From Amoebophrya sp. A120 (lineage: Eukaryota; Protista; Dinoflagellata), in assembly GCA_905178155.1 (NCBI GenBank), contig CAJINV010000001.1:12894635-12958634 (forward strand): a DNA stretch of 64,000 nt, read 5' to 3'. Each line of letters starts with the position of its first letter. The first letter of the stretch is position 1. Position numbers and translations under genes: made by a program. Below, in pieces: positions 1 through 12,498 of this stretch. The notes under the pieces are model-generated. The model had not been told where the DNA came from, ran no database searches, and was given only the letters and a program-made list of their open reading frames with translations.

Positions 1-221
1 CGCCTGCCAAGCCTGAGTAGAGAGCTTTTGGCCTAGGCGCTTAGCATGAGAAACGTCTACGCTGTAGGCCCAACAGCATGACAAACCGCCTGCATAGTGC
101 GGCAGAGCCTGCGGCGTTGTCTTCTTGCAAGACAGACTTGATTTGGGGTCTCAAATCAGCAAGACAAATTTTCGGAAACATACCTTTTCGATATGGGGAG
201 GGGGGATTTTTCCTCTCAATA
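1..221. mobile_element. Partial TIR introner, family B (right end only)
   Basis: Ends ...GATATGGGGAGGGGGGATTTTTCCTCTCAATA, nearly identical to the right end of 13244-13554; internal GCATGACAAA motifs; begins where the coding-like part of ORF 151..612 stops. Confidence 0.85.
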
Positions 222-3200
222 CCTGTTGCAGCTTCACCAGGGACGCCCGCTGCGCCTCGCTGAAGACCTTCGGAACCCGCCGCGTCTGGAGCCACTTGCG
301 GTCCAGCCGTATTCGCTCCAGGTCCTGCTTGCTGTCGGGACTCTGGAAAACGTCCACCAGCGCGTCCAAAACCGTTTCCAGCCGTTCGAGCCCGAACTCG
401 CGTAAGTTTGGCAGCAGCTTGGCGGCGCGGACCATTTCAACGGCGGTGTTCTGGCTGCGGAGCCGCAGGTTGTGCACGAAGGGAGGGATGTTTCGGTTCC
501 CGTTGTTCTCCTGCAGGTAGGCCGCGATTGCCTGCTGCGTCTGCGCCACGCCGCTCGCTTTCTGGTCGAGGAAGTGCAGGTATGAGAGTGCACAATTCCC
601 CCTCCACCTCATTTGTATTGTATGAACAGCAACACAAGCAACAGCGGAAAAGGGACTTTTTCATGACAAATCTGTATGCGGATTGTAGTAGTATCTATTT
701 GAGGTTCCAAAATTTGTCGCGCTAACAGTGCCTACGAGCAAGGTGTCGTGCTCGTGTGAGTTTGGTATTTTGCATTACAAATGAGGGCGAGGGGGACTTG
801 TGCACTTTCATAGCAGGTCAATGTCGTATACCAGCTTGTCCACGAGCCGAAAGCAGTCAAAGACGAAGGGGATCTTCAAGTCTTTTCTGCCGCAGGTCAG
901 GGACAGCATCAGCAAGGAGTTTTCATCATCCTGCCCGCCGCCGAGCTGGCACACCACGCCCGGGCAACATTCCAGAAGCTGTTTTCAGTTTATTAGTGCC
1001 AGCATTTGGATTCATTTGTACGACTACTAGCATAGCAAATGGCACTAGCCAACCTTTCGCGTTCTCAGACCACAGGAACATGCCCACAGTAAAAAAATTT
1101 CTGCGCCCCATTTCCAGTGATTTTAATTCATTCGTACCGAAAAAGTGAGAATTCGCCTGTGAAGATTTGGCTCTTAGTCAGAACTTGTTACCAACAAAAG
1201 TGCGCGCTCGGCACTATCGGAGTCGTAGTTTTTGAGTTTGACGTTTCCGAAGACTTGCAGGGTTGGTATTTCCGCGAGAAAGTTCTGCAGCACCTGCCAG
1301 TGTTTTCTATGGGGTCCGAGCTTGTCTTTAATCCAGGTGGGCAACCGTCCGTCGTTACTCCAATCCGGCGGCACCTCCGTGATGGTTGCGGCCGCGTAGC
1401 CGGGCAGCCTCAGATCCAGCAGCGACTTCGACGTTCTGAGATGACGCATTATTTGCACCGCTAGCCCGTCCATACCCGGCGGAATGGCGAGTTGCACCTG
1501 AAAATGTAAATCAAACAAAGCAATAAGAATAAGCAGGAAGTTGCAATTCAAATTCTACTGCGTATTAGATGAAGCTGCCGCTTGAGGAATGTTCTGTCCT
1601 GTAGCCCTCGCAAACTTATAATTTTAGAACGGCTCGTCCCAATGTAACAATAAATGAAAAGCAGGGAGCATGAATTCCGATGGATGTAGTTGCTATAAGT
1701 ACTTTCGTAAGAATGTGGCGGCACTCGTGAAGACAATTGTTCAGCGCCGGACAGAAGCTAACTGGGTAGGCGGTAACCGCTGGAAATTCGTTGGTGAAGG
1801 TCGTCTTGGCAGCTCCATACTTGAAATCCGTTTTACTCGCGGGGCAGATCACCGCGAGCAGCCAAAAATAGAGGGCAATCTCGGACTTCACAGGGCTGGC
1901 AAATATGCGGTCGACAAGCTATCAACATGAAAAAATCTACATCACCTCATCGCCGTTCGCCTTCGCGGTTTATTTTCAGTGTCCTCATTGACATCAAGTA
2001 CTCGTTACTAAATAATAGCAATCCACAACTCGGTCGTCCGTGTTGAAGTAAACGACAGCAACAAGAACGAAGCAAGAAAGCGCTTGTCGTCATCTTATTT
2101 ACATCAAGGCATAGTGCTCCACCACCATCAAAATGCCGTTTGCAAAAATAATGGACGACAGAGAGATGTGACGACTTTTGTTGCTTTGATACGTTCAGCT
2201 CGGCCATGCGGTCGTCCTTAATCGCGCTAATCTTCAGTGGTGATTTTCCAAACGTGGCGATTTTTGGGTGCTTGGCTAGTGCAAATCATGAAAGCGAAAA
2301 CTGCCCTGCCCCTGTCATTACATGATTAAGTGACTGCCAACACACTTTCTTTCAGACATGGCATGCTGATGGTGGAAGATAAACGTGAAACACGATGATG
2401 CCTCCAAAACCAAAAAGTGTCCTGTCCACGACAAAGGCCCTCTTTGGAGAATTACCACTGCTTCAGCGAAGCAGGATCCGGATCGTCATCGACAAAGTCG
2501 TTTCGCAGGTACAGACAGTGGCGCGGACAAATCATCAGTCGTGGGGCTGATGCTGATCTGAGCTGAAGACAAGTTAATACTGGGGGAGCAAGAGCTTTTC
2601 GCTTTCATACCACAGCCAAACTGTGCATCACTACCTGCTTTTCCTTTTGTATACCTAGACAGGCCCGGGTCGAAACCGTATCGGTAGGAAAATCATCTTC
2701 TGCAGCTGCACCTCACCCCGACACCCGTCTGTGTGCAAATCGCAGGTTTTTTTGATTGTTCTGGGAAAGCATTTACAAAGAAAGTCGACGCAAATACTTA
2801 GGTACCTCTTCTATTTTACATGAAAAAGGTTCTGCATTTACATGAAAAAGTACCGACCTACGTCGCGTGCGAGGTAGATGCGAGGCTGAGTGATGCAGCA
2901 CTGTCTACTGCGATTTATTTTTCCGGTGCAAAAGCGACCTGCGCTGAAGATAATTTCCATCTTGTTTTCCATCTCGTAAAATGAGACTTGTTCGAGCACC
3001 ACATTCTGCGACAAGGCCTTTGCCATTAAGGAGACGCCCTGGAGTGTAGTTTATGCGTTCGTTCGCTATCGCTAGTCGTGGTCTTTGTCATACTCGTAGA
3101 CATGGATATCAGCTAGTCGATGGCAAAATCAAAAAAGAAAAGCACATGCACTTGCACAGTCGTGAAGGCCATCTCTACTTAGCCATGAGCTTCTTGAGCG

Positions 3201-4317
3201 TGATGATGATGAAAGTGCCTACTCATGTGTGTTTTCCTTTCGCAACGTAGTACGTACTCAGTACAGCAGTAGGAATAATGAAGCATTGAAAATAATATCA
3301 ACACATAGTAGAGAGCGACGTAATACCTCCAGATCGAGGGGAACCCCGTCCAGTCTGAGGTTGACGAGAGTTTTCGAGTTGAGTATGTAGCGGTGAAGCT
3401 TGCGCACCCCCTCGCCCCAGAAGTTGTTTCGCGACAGGTTGAGGTCCACCGTGCAGTCGTGTCTGAGGAGCCACTCTTCGAGAAACACCACGTCGTCGTC
3501 GTCCAAGCCCGCGTTTTCGAGGTTCACTTCGGGCACTTCGTTCTTGCGAAACTTGCGGAGGTCGACGCCGGTCCGCTCCCGTTTGCGGATCCCGAGGCCG
3601 TTCACGCTGGTTATCTGACAGCTGGCGTTGCCGATCATGCTCTGGGCCAAGGCTTTGGCGCCGTCCTTTTCCACCTGATTCCGGCGAAAGTTCAAGGACT
3701 TCAAACTGCTGTTCAATCGAAGGAAATGCGCCAGAAAAATCGCGCCCACCACCTCAATCCCATACAACCCCGAGTGGCCGTCGAACCCAGCTAGATTCAG
3801 GTGCTGCACCTGGTTATCCCGGATGGCCCGTCTAGTATGCAAAGAGAAGAAAGAAGAACGGCGCACCGCCACCTCGATCACTCGGTTGCCTTCAACACAA
3901 AATAACACAAACTCGACCTTATTGACGTCGTCCTCGCCGTCTCATGCGAAGGATCAAATGCAAGACAAGCGTCGATGAAGAGGACCACAGCGTGACCTAT
4001 TTTTGTCATCTGCTTTCACAAGCAAATGCAAATGCAAATCGGAGAAATGCGGACAAAAAAACATTCAGCTTAATGTAGTGATACATAATGACGTTGATCC
4101 GCTTCTTTTCTTCGCCCTGATACGTGTTCACTCCATTGCAATATTCCAACTGGAGATACCGCTTTTTCATGGCCTTGATCAGTCTCCACCCAAATGTTGC
4201 GTCGAGATTGTTCCCCCTCAGGTCCAAGTAGGTCACTGTGTTCAGCGATAGCACCAGGGAGTAGATCGCGGCCTGCTGCAGGCGAGACCCCAGCAGGTTA
4301 ACCCGCTGGAACTCCAT
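1..4317 (-). CDS. Multi-exon leucine-rich-repeat (RNI-like) protein; 3' end runs off the window and true 5' end is unresolved
   Basis: LRR motifs LDLRGNNLD, LKSLNFRRNQVEKDGAKALAQS and DLNLSRNNFWGEGVRKL. In-frame GT-AG introns at 3039-3326 and 3832-4123. Exon 813-979 joins exon 222-580 in frame after removing the 581-812 element (YDIDLHFLDQK). Assigning the exons below ~2.8 kb to this same gene is inference. Confidence 0.65.
581..812. mobile_element. TIR introner (non-canonical intron)
   Basis: TATGAGAGTGCACAATTCCCCCTC...GAGGGGGACTTGTGCACTTTCATA; perfect 5-bp direct repeat GCAGG; removing element+5 restores the frame. Confidence 0.9.
3836..4122. mobile_element. Degenerate TIR introner, now a GT-AG intron (3832-4123, minus strand)
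   Basis: Termini TATGCAAAGAGAAGAAAGAAG and (reverse complement) TATCAGGGCGAAGAAAAGAAG; sense intron GTATC...GCATACTAG; joins CNGVN-TRAIRDN in frame. Confidence 0.7.
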
Positions 4318-6379
4318 CGGCGTGTCGCCTGTCGAACAATGAAATCGATTTTTTCTTAATGCGAAATTGATCTGTTTGTATTTTTTTCAGGTTGGGTCTT
4401 CCCATTCAAAAGCTCATGGAATGTAGGTCGTTGATGTCATGGAAGATTGTTTGGTTCAGATACGTACTTACGCTCAAACAAGCTTCGATCGAGCCCGTGA
4501 AGATGTTGTTGTTAGTGTTAGTGCATCTATTTCTATGCTACTTTCCGGGCGGTAATCGTGATTAACAAGGATCGAAGCACAGCTGCCTCACCATTGACAT
4601 CATTTCCAACATCAACAGAGTACAAATGGAAATGAGTGGGTGTGCTGGCATTTTTCATCAGGATCAGTCACACTCAAGAACCAAAATTGATAAGAAATAC
4701 CGAAGGAAAGATCCAGCGACGGCTTCGGACGGGTTTCGTCATCTTTCTCCTATGAGAGCGAAAAAAGCCGTCTACCTCCCACACTCAAAGACTCTGCATC
4801 ACCGCGAAACCGATGCTAAGAAGCAACGAGTGGTCACTTTGTCATGCAATTATATCAAGGGAGAGGGACTGCAAGCAGCCACAGGAGCTACAGGTGGAGA
4901 TTCTGATCACGGAAAGGCCTGAAGTAACAAGCTGGTCCTCCGTGGGAATGCCTGAAGATGTCTCGGTCCTCGTGGATAGCACAGCGAAAGCAACAGAAAT
5001 CATCCATACCTATGTATAATACCATGCAAAGGAATAAGAAACAGCTTCCTGCTTCTCCGCTTCTGTTTTTCGCAATAGCGATACCTCCCAGGGATTTCTG
5101 CTACTAAGTATACAAAATGTCGAGTATAACATATTTTCTTTGAGTTCATCTTGGAAGTAGAGGCATTTCTCTTCACCATATCTCCTCCTCCTTCGCCATG
5201 AGGCTCGGGATCTCAGGCGAGCCGAGGAGATCTTCAGGCGCCGACATGATTTCTGTCGCCCTTTTTGCCGCGGCAAAACTGCTCCGAACTGTCTGCAATC
5301 GAAAAACGAAACGTCATAAAATCAGCTCGATGGCAGTACACCCTTCGCGCTGTTCTCTTGCTCGTCACTAGCACCTCGTCATATCAATACGACAACATGT
5401 ATCGTGCACATGCCTTTGCTTGTTGTGGTGGGCATGACCAAATCTTCAATCTAATTACCCGGACCGATCCGTGTGAAGGTATATATAAGACCAACATTAG
5501 CAACATGCCGTACCAGCAGAAGCTGCCACTGTGTCAACCTGATTTGACGTTAGTTTCGTGTGTTCTACTATTCATACGTCGACGCCGGGGCACTCCACTA
5601 ACAGCACTGCTGTCTTTGGCTCGACCGTGTTTCGCCGAGCATCTTGTTACATGATGTTGCCCCGCACCAACACCCTGCAAACAAAAAAAGTTTCAGCTAC
5701 AGAGTACTCATCATTTTGTTGATGATAAATTAGAACCGCTTCACGACGGTTTCGCCTGCGCTTCTTTCCACTCAGGCCATAGTACAACCTCCGCGCCGAC
5801 GATGAAGTAGTGCTCTCTTGCTTCTAGTACATTCAACGAGGTGCCGCGTGAAAATCATACGTACGTTTTTCTTTTTCTTGGAGCCTTCCTGGTTCTCGAT
5901 CTCAAATTCGAAAAATCTTCACTTACAACTTTCTTTGTATTCAGACCGAGCGGGTTCTTCATGTTTGTTCGTCTCCTAAAACGTCAAGACGAACTACTAG
6001 ATGACGATTACGACGTTAGTGCACCCACGATCTCGTAAAATAAGGCAGCGCTGTATCATGGAGGACAAATTCGACTTCCTCGCTCATCTACTATCAACCG
6101 ACACTCTTTCTCTAAAAACGTTTCACGACATACGAATCACCGCTACGAAGCATGTTCGCAGCTTCGCCATCAGGTCTTCAGTACACGTGCCTATATATAA
6201 TCATAATGCAAAAAGTAAGACATCTTCCATTGGGTGTAACGCACGACTGAGCTGCACCAGCACGACCAAGCCATGGGCACAAGACACCTGCACATCCAAG
6301 AACAAAAAGACACCGAAGACCAGCTTTCGGGATCCAATTACAGCCCCATACTTTTTTTCATCTTGTATCTGACGCAAGT

Positions 6380-6488
6380 GAAACAGAAACGTTTTCAAAA
6401 CGTTTCTGTTTCTGTTTCCAACAAATTTATTTTTGAGCTTTGAAAATCAAAATTTGATTTTCAAAGCTCAAAAATAAATTTGTTGGAA
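6380..6488. repeat. Two adjacent perfect palindromes (16-bp and 36-bp arms, 1-nt centres)
   Basis: Arms 6380-6395/6397-6412 and 6416-6451/6453-6488 are exact reverse complements. Confidence 0.95.
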
Positions 6489-7150
6489 GAGGCTGGGTGA
6501 ATGTACAATAGCTGTAGCTCTAGCACAAATAGAACTGGTCGTAAGTGTAATCATACAAAGAATAAAAGTACATGATTGCATTACATTTGTCACGAGCGCA
6601 AAGATGAAACGTTCCCCACTTCTTCCCTTCCTCCTGGTTGCCCGACTGGTGGGGGCGATTACAAATTTGATACATTCTCTTACATTTCATCTTTATTCTT
6701 TGCTCTAGTACAAATACAAGTACAACTACATTGATGATTACGATTCAGATTTTGAAAAATTGGTGAGCAAGTACACGGTGGAGAGTAAAGCGCGATACTT
6801 AATGTACAGCGAGGAAGATAAATGGCAATTTTTATTTTAGAGGGGAGCGCTGTGGAAACTGAAAGCGAAAGGGTGTATAATGAATGTGGTACTTCAAATT
6901 TATTAGGTTTAGGGGTTTTATCTCAACGAGAACATAGTTCTCTACTTCATGGTGCGTGAATGCAATGGCAATGCCGGTCGCTATTACTTTTCTTGAGGTA
7001 TCAACCTATTTTTACATACTAGACCTACACCTAGACCCCTCTTGCGGTCTGGTAGTGGTTTTCGCATGCAGCTAGTTTTCTTGTCGCTCTTCAGACAACG
7101 GGACCACGAGCGAGATGAAAAAGGAATTTTTTCTTTCAGTGCGTTGTGTT

Positions 7151-9701
7151 TTAGGAAGACAAATTCTCGGGGATTTCCTGCGGCCGGTGTTGCTCGGGGC
7201 CTACCGCCGCGGGGGCGTCGCCCTGCTCCGGATTCATCTCGAGATCTTCGGGCCGTTCGTGCTCCGGATCCGCGGCCAGAACGCTCGACTCCGGATCTTG
7301 CGGGAGTTGCTGTTGTGGCGTTGACGATACTACTGCCTCCAGGCCTCCTGCTGGTTGTCGGTCGACGCCAGATTCTAGTCCTATCCGCAAGCCGGTCGTC
7401 GGAGGCGTAGAAGTAGTAGTTTCGACACTATTCATGGCCGCAATTCTTTCTGTGGTGCTTCCAGCAGTACCACCGGCAGCCGCTACACTTTCAACTGGTA
7501 GTTGCTGCAAGGACGAGTTTTGCATTTTCTGAGCAGCACTACTGCTGTTCAGTACAATGCTGCCGTTGTTACCGTTCCCTGTCTCGCTTTCACGCCGAAT
7601 GGAAGTTGTTGAAGCAACACCGTTAGCGAGGACTCCGGAAGGATCTTCCAGGGCAACCGAGCCGGTTTGTAATTGTCCAGTACTCGTCGTACTACCCGTC
7701 GGATCCATGTCTTGAAGATCATTTTTAACGTTCTTCTCCACCGCTCGTTCGGAGGTCATCTGGAGGGTCTGCTGCCCTATCTGCTGCGAAGGTGCAGCTG
7801 CAGGGTTTGTGCCAGCTTGGTCCTGGTCAGTCTCGTCTGGAGAAGACCGCGAGTGGCGCTTCGATGTCGATGAGGTTGCGGACGCGCCTCGGTTGGATCT
7901 GCTACTTTTGCTGTTTCTCTTTCGGTGCGCGTCCTTGTAGACAATATCCTCGTAATCGCGACTGTCCACTTTGTGTGCGATGCGGGCTTTGCTCCGCTCC
8001 GTGTGCTCCAGGTAGCGCGCAGCCTCCCGTCGCGAGTCCGCTGAATCACCGCGCAGACTTGAGGCTCCACCGGTTTCAACGTCTTGGTCATGCGCTCCGC
8101 CTGATAAAATTTGATTCTTGGGGGATCGTGAACGATTTTTCTTTTTGCAGCTCGGCCACTTTCTATAGCTTTTACTTCTTTTTGAAAACAAGACGAATCT
8201 ATCAGGAATAGGAAAATGCATACAAATTCCAAATTGGATTTTAGAGATGTACTTGTGCAGAGTAAAAAACTTCTGTGCCGCAATGGAAATCCGATTGAGC
8301 ACACCTTGGCAGGGTTGCTGGAAAAAGACACTACAATGACATAAGGGCCAAAAGATCAACAACATGATCGGAACAGAGATCGGCCCTGGGGTTGGGAGCG
8401 CGCGCACAGACAAAATATAAACTAATAGAACACGGCAACGGCCCACACTATTTTTCAGCACAGAGACAGGATCTTCTATGGGCGACAAAATGTATATTTC
8501 AATCTTCCTTTCCAACTACTATCTAGCACACCAGTACTACCTGCTTCTGTCTCGGGATCGTCGGCGTGTCGCATTTTCAGCAAATAGGCTGGGAGAAGGC
8601 CGGACGCAGGCGGTTGAAACGTGCAGGCCTCCATGAGCGCATCCTCTTTTTGCTTACGCAACTCATCGATTCGAGCCTGCCGGGCGGCCAGCAGGTCCTT
8701 CTGCCGCTGGAACAGTTGGTTGAACCGCTCCTGGCTTTCGTCGGTGATCTCCAACTTGCTCCGCCGCTCGGCCTCGCGCTCCGCTTGCACCTTGTCTGGG
8801 TGGAAGTCGTATCCTGTGAAAAAACGTCCCCACGACCCCACGCTTTTTGATGTTCCATGCACGATTCATCACATCCATGCAGCTCCTACTCCTTTCTGTG
8901 CGTACAGCTACAAGCTACAAATAGAACTGATACATATACTATAGTACGTAGACTTATCTGATTTTGACCACAGATTGAGATCGGGACGTTTTCGCAGCGG
9001 ATAAATCGGAGGCGTACTTGAGCGTCTCCCGGCGTTTTTCCACCCATTGCTGTGCGTCGGCCAGTATCCTCTGCAAAAGTATCGCACTCGTTGTATCATT
9101 TTTAATTGCAATACAGCACGACGACGGCATATCTGAATCTGTTTCATTCTACTTAATTTACCACGACTCCAGATTTTCTGTTATTTTCGTTCTATCATCT
9201 GAAGATATATTCATATTGCAATGCAATGTCTTTGTGGTCTACAACATCTACGACTAGTGCGAGGCTTTTCCCATGCATATCCAGCAGTTGATCTTGGCGG
9301 TTGGTCTCTGTGATGATCTGCACGCTGCCGCGGCTGACCTTGGTTGCATTTGCGGTTTCCTTCGCCGCCTTGACTTCGGCCTGTTGCTGCTCCTGCTTGG
9401 CCGACTTGCGGCGATCCAACCGCGCCTGGTGTTCCTCCTTCTGCCGGGCCAACCACTCCGCGCTGCTTTCCACTTTCTGCCGCAGCTTTTCCGTCGCCTG
9501 TTTGGTCAGCCGCAGGTCCGGGCGAAACTTCAGCTCGGGGTTCTCGAAACTGCGCGCCGCGGCCGCCAGGCGCGCAGCCGTTGCGACCGAAACGCCCGGC
9601 TTGGCGGCACGTGAGGCGGCGGAGGACGCAACGGACGCAGCGCCGGATCCAAGAATGTTCCGGTGCGAACTACTCGATGCGCGCTTCGCACTGGTGCTCA
9701 T
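7151..9701 (-). CDS. Multi-exon protein of unknown function; charged coiled-coil with LKFRP/CTFQP-type motifs and a low-complexity C-terminus
   Basis: ORFs 9195..9848 and 8476..8862 join in frame through the elements at 9065-9279 and 8810-9003 (QDQLL-DAQQWVEKRRETLKYASD-FHPDKVQAER). The junction to ORF 7151..8515 is not resolved. Confidence 0.65.
8810..9003. mobile_element. TIR introner (TIR related to 37129-37413)
   Basis: TATCCTGTGAAAAAACGTCCC vs reverse complement TATCCGCTGCGAAAACGTCCC; flanks AGTCG/AATCG; frame restored. Confidence 0.85.
9065..9279. mobile_element. TIR introner, family C
   Basis: TATCCTCTGCAAAAGTATCGCAC vs reverse complement TATGCATGGGAAAAGCCTCGCAC; flanks GCCAG/TCCAG; frame restored. 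Confidence 0.8.
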
Positions 9702-10474
9702 AATCGATGGCCCACCTGCCGACCGCACGGAGGCACGTACCCGCTTTCCCAGTAGGGCCTTTTCCCGTGCGCGGGCGCGCTTATGCAAGAAAACAAAAAC
9801 TACGTGATGAGGTCGTCGTCCTCTGCAGGTGCCATGAATAAAGTCCAACTGAACAAACTGCCATCATCAAATCATATATATTAATAAATGAAAAATAGAG
9901 TCGCTGACTCTACTCGCTTAATATTGCCAACCGTCCACCACCACCTGCACCTTCTCGTCTGAATCTGGGAATTCATCTGTCTGTGATGCATTTCTACTTC
10001 AAAGAGTGTCTTGGTCTTCTTCTTTCTTTGTGCCGCACCAGCGGCACACAAAGTGAGTGTTGTGATGCGCATCTTTTGTTCGTACGGATGCAATTATTGC
10101 AAATGAAGCACTTCTCGAGGGGACCACCTATTCGTTGAGTGTAGTTGCTGGGCATACCGCTCCAGATTGTCGGACGTGTAGCTGATCAGGCGGATTCCAA
10201 TATTGCGAATGCGCTCCGGATATCCATTGCAAATATCTACGTCCTGACAGCGGCCAGTGTTGAGGAAAACGACAAAATACGAATACCGTTACTGCTTTAC
10301 TGGAGTCATCATGATACTCCGATCAATCTCAAAGCTGTGCGGTGATCATGTATAGCCAAAAGCATTCGAGGGATCTGCAGGCGGCACTGCGTACTTTTTT
10401 TCTACCTTTTGGTTTTGTACCTGCCGCAATCTAATACAAACATAACAACAGCTTGGGGGAGGCTCTCAACGTAT

Positions 10475-10981
10475 TTAGGGATGAGAAGAAGTTTTTTCTG
10501 CAGTGAGTTCGAATTCCCCAACACCGGTTGTAACGACAGAGTAATTTATTGCATTGAATATCATCTCGACCGTGGTTGCGCTGCCGGAGGTAATGCGCTC
10601 GGCAATCCAACGCAAGTTACCACGACCGATCATCTGACCGACCGGATCCTCTTGCGATATTGCCGGCGCGGCGTTTGAACCCGTTGTGGTCTCCGGATTT
10701 CTTTCCGAAAGCCGCGCTGGGCCAGCAGTCACGGTGCTGGAGGTCGTTTGTCCCATTTCGCTGGCTAGAATCGGCGTTCTCACAGTCGAGGGCATAGACA
10801 AAGCGGCCGGGCCCACATCGGAAAGCTCCCTCTTCTTGCTTGCTCCTTCCGACCCGTCTTGTTCTGGCTGCATGGAAATCGTTTCTCGGCGAGAATCGTC
10901 TACTGCAGCAGCAGTCACTCCTTGCGCGCTGTAGGCTCGCTCGCCTTCCGGAGCAACGTTTTTGGCAATATTGCCCTGCAT
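10475..10981 (-). CDS. Probable coding exon, Ser/Thr/Ala-rich, unknown function
   Basis: 168-aa ORF on the coding strand with protein-like composition; gene membership unresolved. Confidence 0.4.
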   Translation of the reverse strand: MQGNIAKNVAPEGERAYSAQGVTAAAVDDSRRETISMQPEQDGSEGASKKRELSDVGPAALSMPSTVRTPILASEMGQTTSSTVTAGPARLSERNPETTTGSNAAPAISQEDPVGQMIGRGNLRWIAERITSGSATTVEMIFNAINYSVVTTGVGEFELTAEKTSSHP

Positions 10982-12498
10982 TTTTTACTTTCCTTTCTCG
11001 ACAGCTACAGCTTGAGCTCACTGTCACTTAGACTCAAAAAGCTCCACGTTAATAGCCTTAGCAGGTCCTGCGTTGTCTCCTCTGGCTCTGCGCTTTTCGT
11101 ATCCGTTTCCACGAATGATAAAGAAGGGCTGTTGTTCAATCCAGTTGTCCGTTGTTGCTGCAACGTGGAGCTACTTTATTTGTCTGTCTCCACCGGCACT
11201 TACGTCAACTACGAGGTGACCTTCAGGAGGGAGCGGTGGATTCTGCCGGTTGCAGCGATGTCGAGCTTTACTTGCTGATGGATGCGGTCCGGCGTGCCGC
11301 GATTCTTTGACTTCTTTGTTTTTGCCTTGTTGGGGAAGGGGGATGGGAGGGAGAAAGAGGTTCGGATGGAGATGAGAGACGGGGAGACGATTTTTCGCCA
11401 CTCGTTGTTCTTAATTTTTCTGTTGGTTCCAGTGACTCGTCGGTCTCGGTCTGTACAGGTTTCGCGTTCTTTTCTTGTTCACTTCTTGCTTCAAATTCTA
11501 ATTCAGCGTCAAATTGATTTAAAAACTAAGAATTTATCGTTTGAGTTGCTTGACCTTCAGTCCGAAAACGAGTCCGACTCGGCCTGCTTCTCTTCTTGCT
11601 GCCCCGCCGACGAAATCGAAGACGGACCGCTGGTGTTGGCCACCGCCGGTTTGGGTTCTTCTGATTTGTGAGAGTTGTTGTTTTGCTTCTGGTTGTAAAA
11701 CTGGCGTGTACTGGGGGCCGTGACATATCCAGGTGTACAAAAGCATCACATAGACACCAACGGGAAACTTACATCTTGCTTTGACATCAATCACAACACC
11801 CCATGCATTGATTCAACATGCAGCGTTTGCATTTTGATTCTCACAGTTGTTCCGGCTGCGATCCAATTCGTCCGATCATTTGCCTTTGCGAACTTCAATT
11901 TGCAGAAAAAATGAGCTGCAATGCAAGTACAAGTAGTACTGGTAGGTTGCTCTTGCTTGGGTGTGGCGCTTCTATGCGAGGCTTTTGTAAATGCGTATTA
12001 TGGTGGCGAAACTGATGTTTCCAACCTTGTTGTTCAAAGTGGTCAGATTTTTTGCGGCTTCGTCGTACCAGTTGAGCATGAGTATCCTGTGCAAAAACAT
12101 CCCCACGAGCACGACCATCATCTCATATCCAGAACACGTTGCTGACGCAATCTCGGCACACAACTCCAGACCAAGCAAGTTTGTTTCGGCTGAGGCATGA
12201 CATGATCATCATATAGGTACCCTCGAACTACTCACACCAAAGACCGACGACCCGGACGGGACCGTCCAAATAAAAAAAGAAGTTGACCTCCAAGTAGGAG
12301 GACGCTACTGTGATGTGGCAATTGAGGTGCATCGATCATCTTCGTAACGAAACTCCGTTTTGGGTCTTTCAACATACAAAGGGAGGCACAGGAGCATGCA
12401 GATGGCATGCTGGTTCATGCACAAGATCAAGATATGCTGCCTTAGTTTTACCGTAGCATTAATACGACGTCGGTCAGGGAAGGTTCCTACACGGGATA

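Noticed and set aside
1920-5650. Possible ancient TAT-bounded elements near 1920-2381, 5011-5180 and 5382-5655
   Set aside because: Inverted and direct repeats too weak to separate from background.
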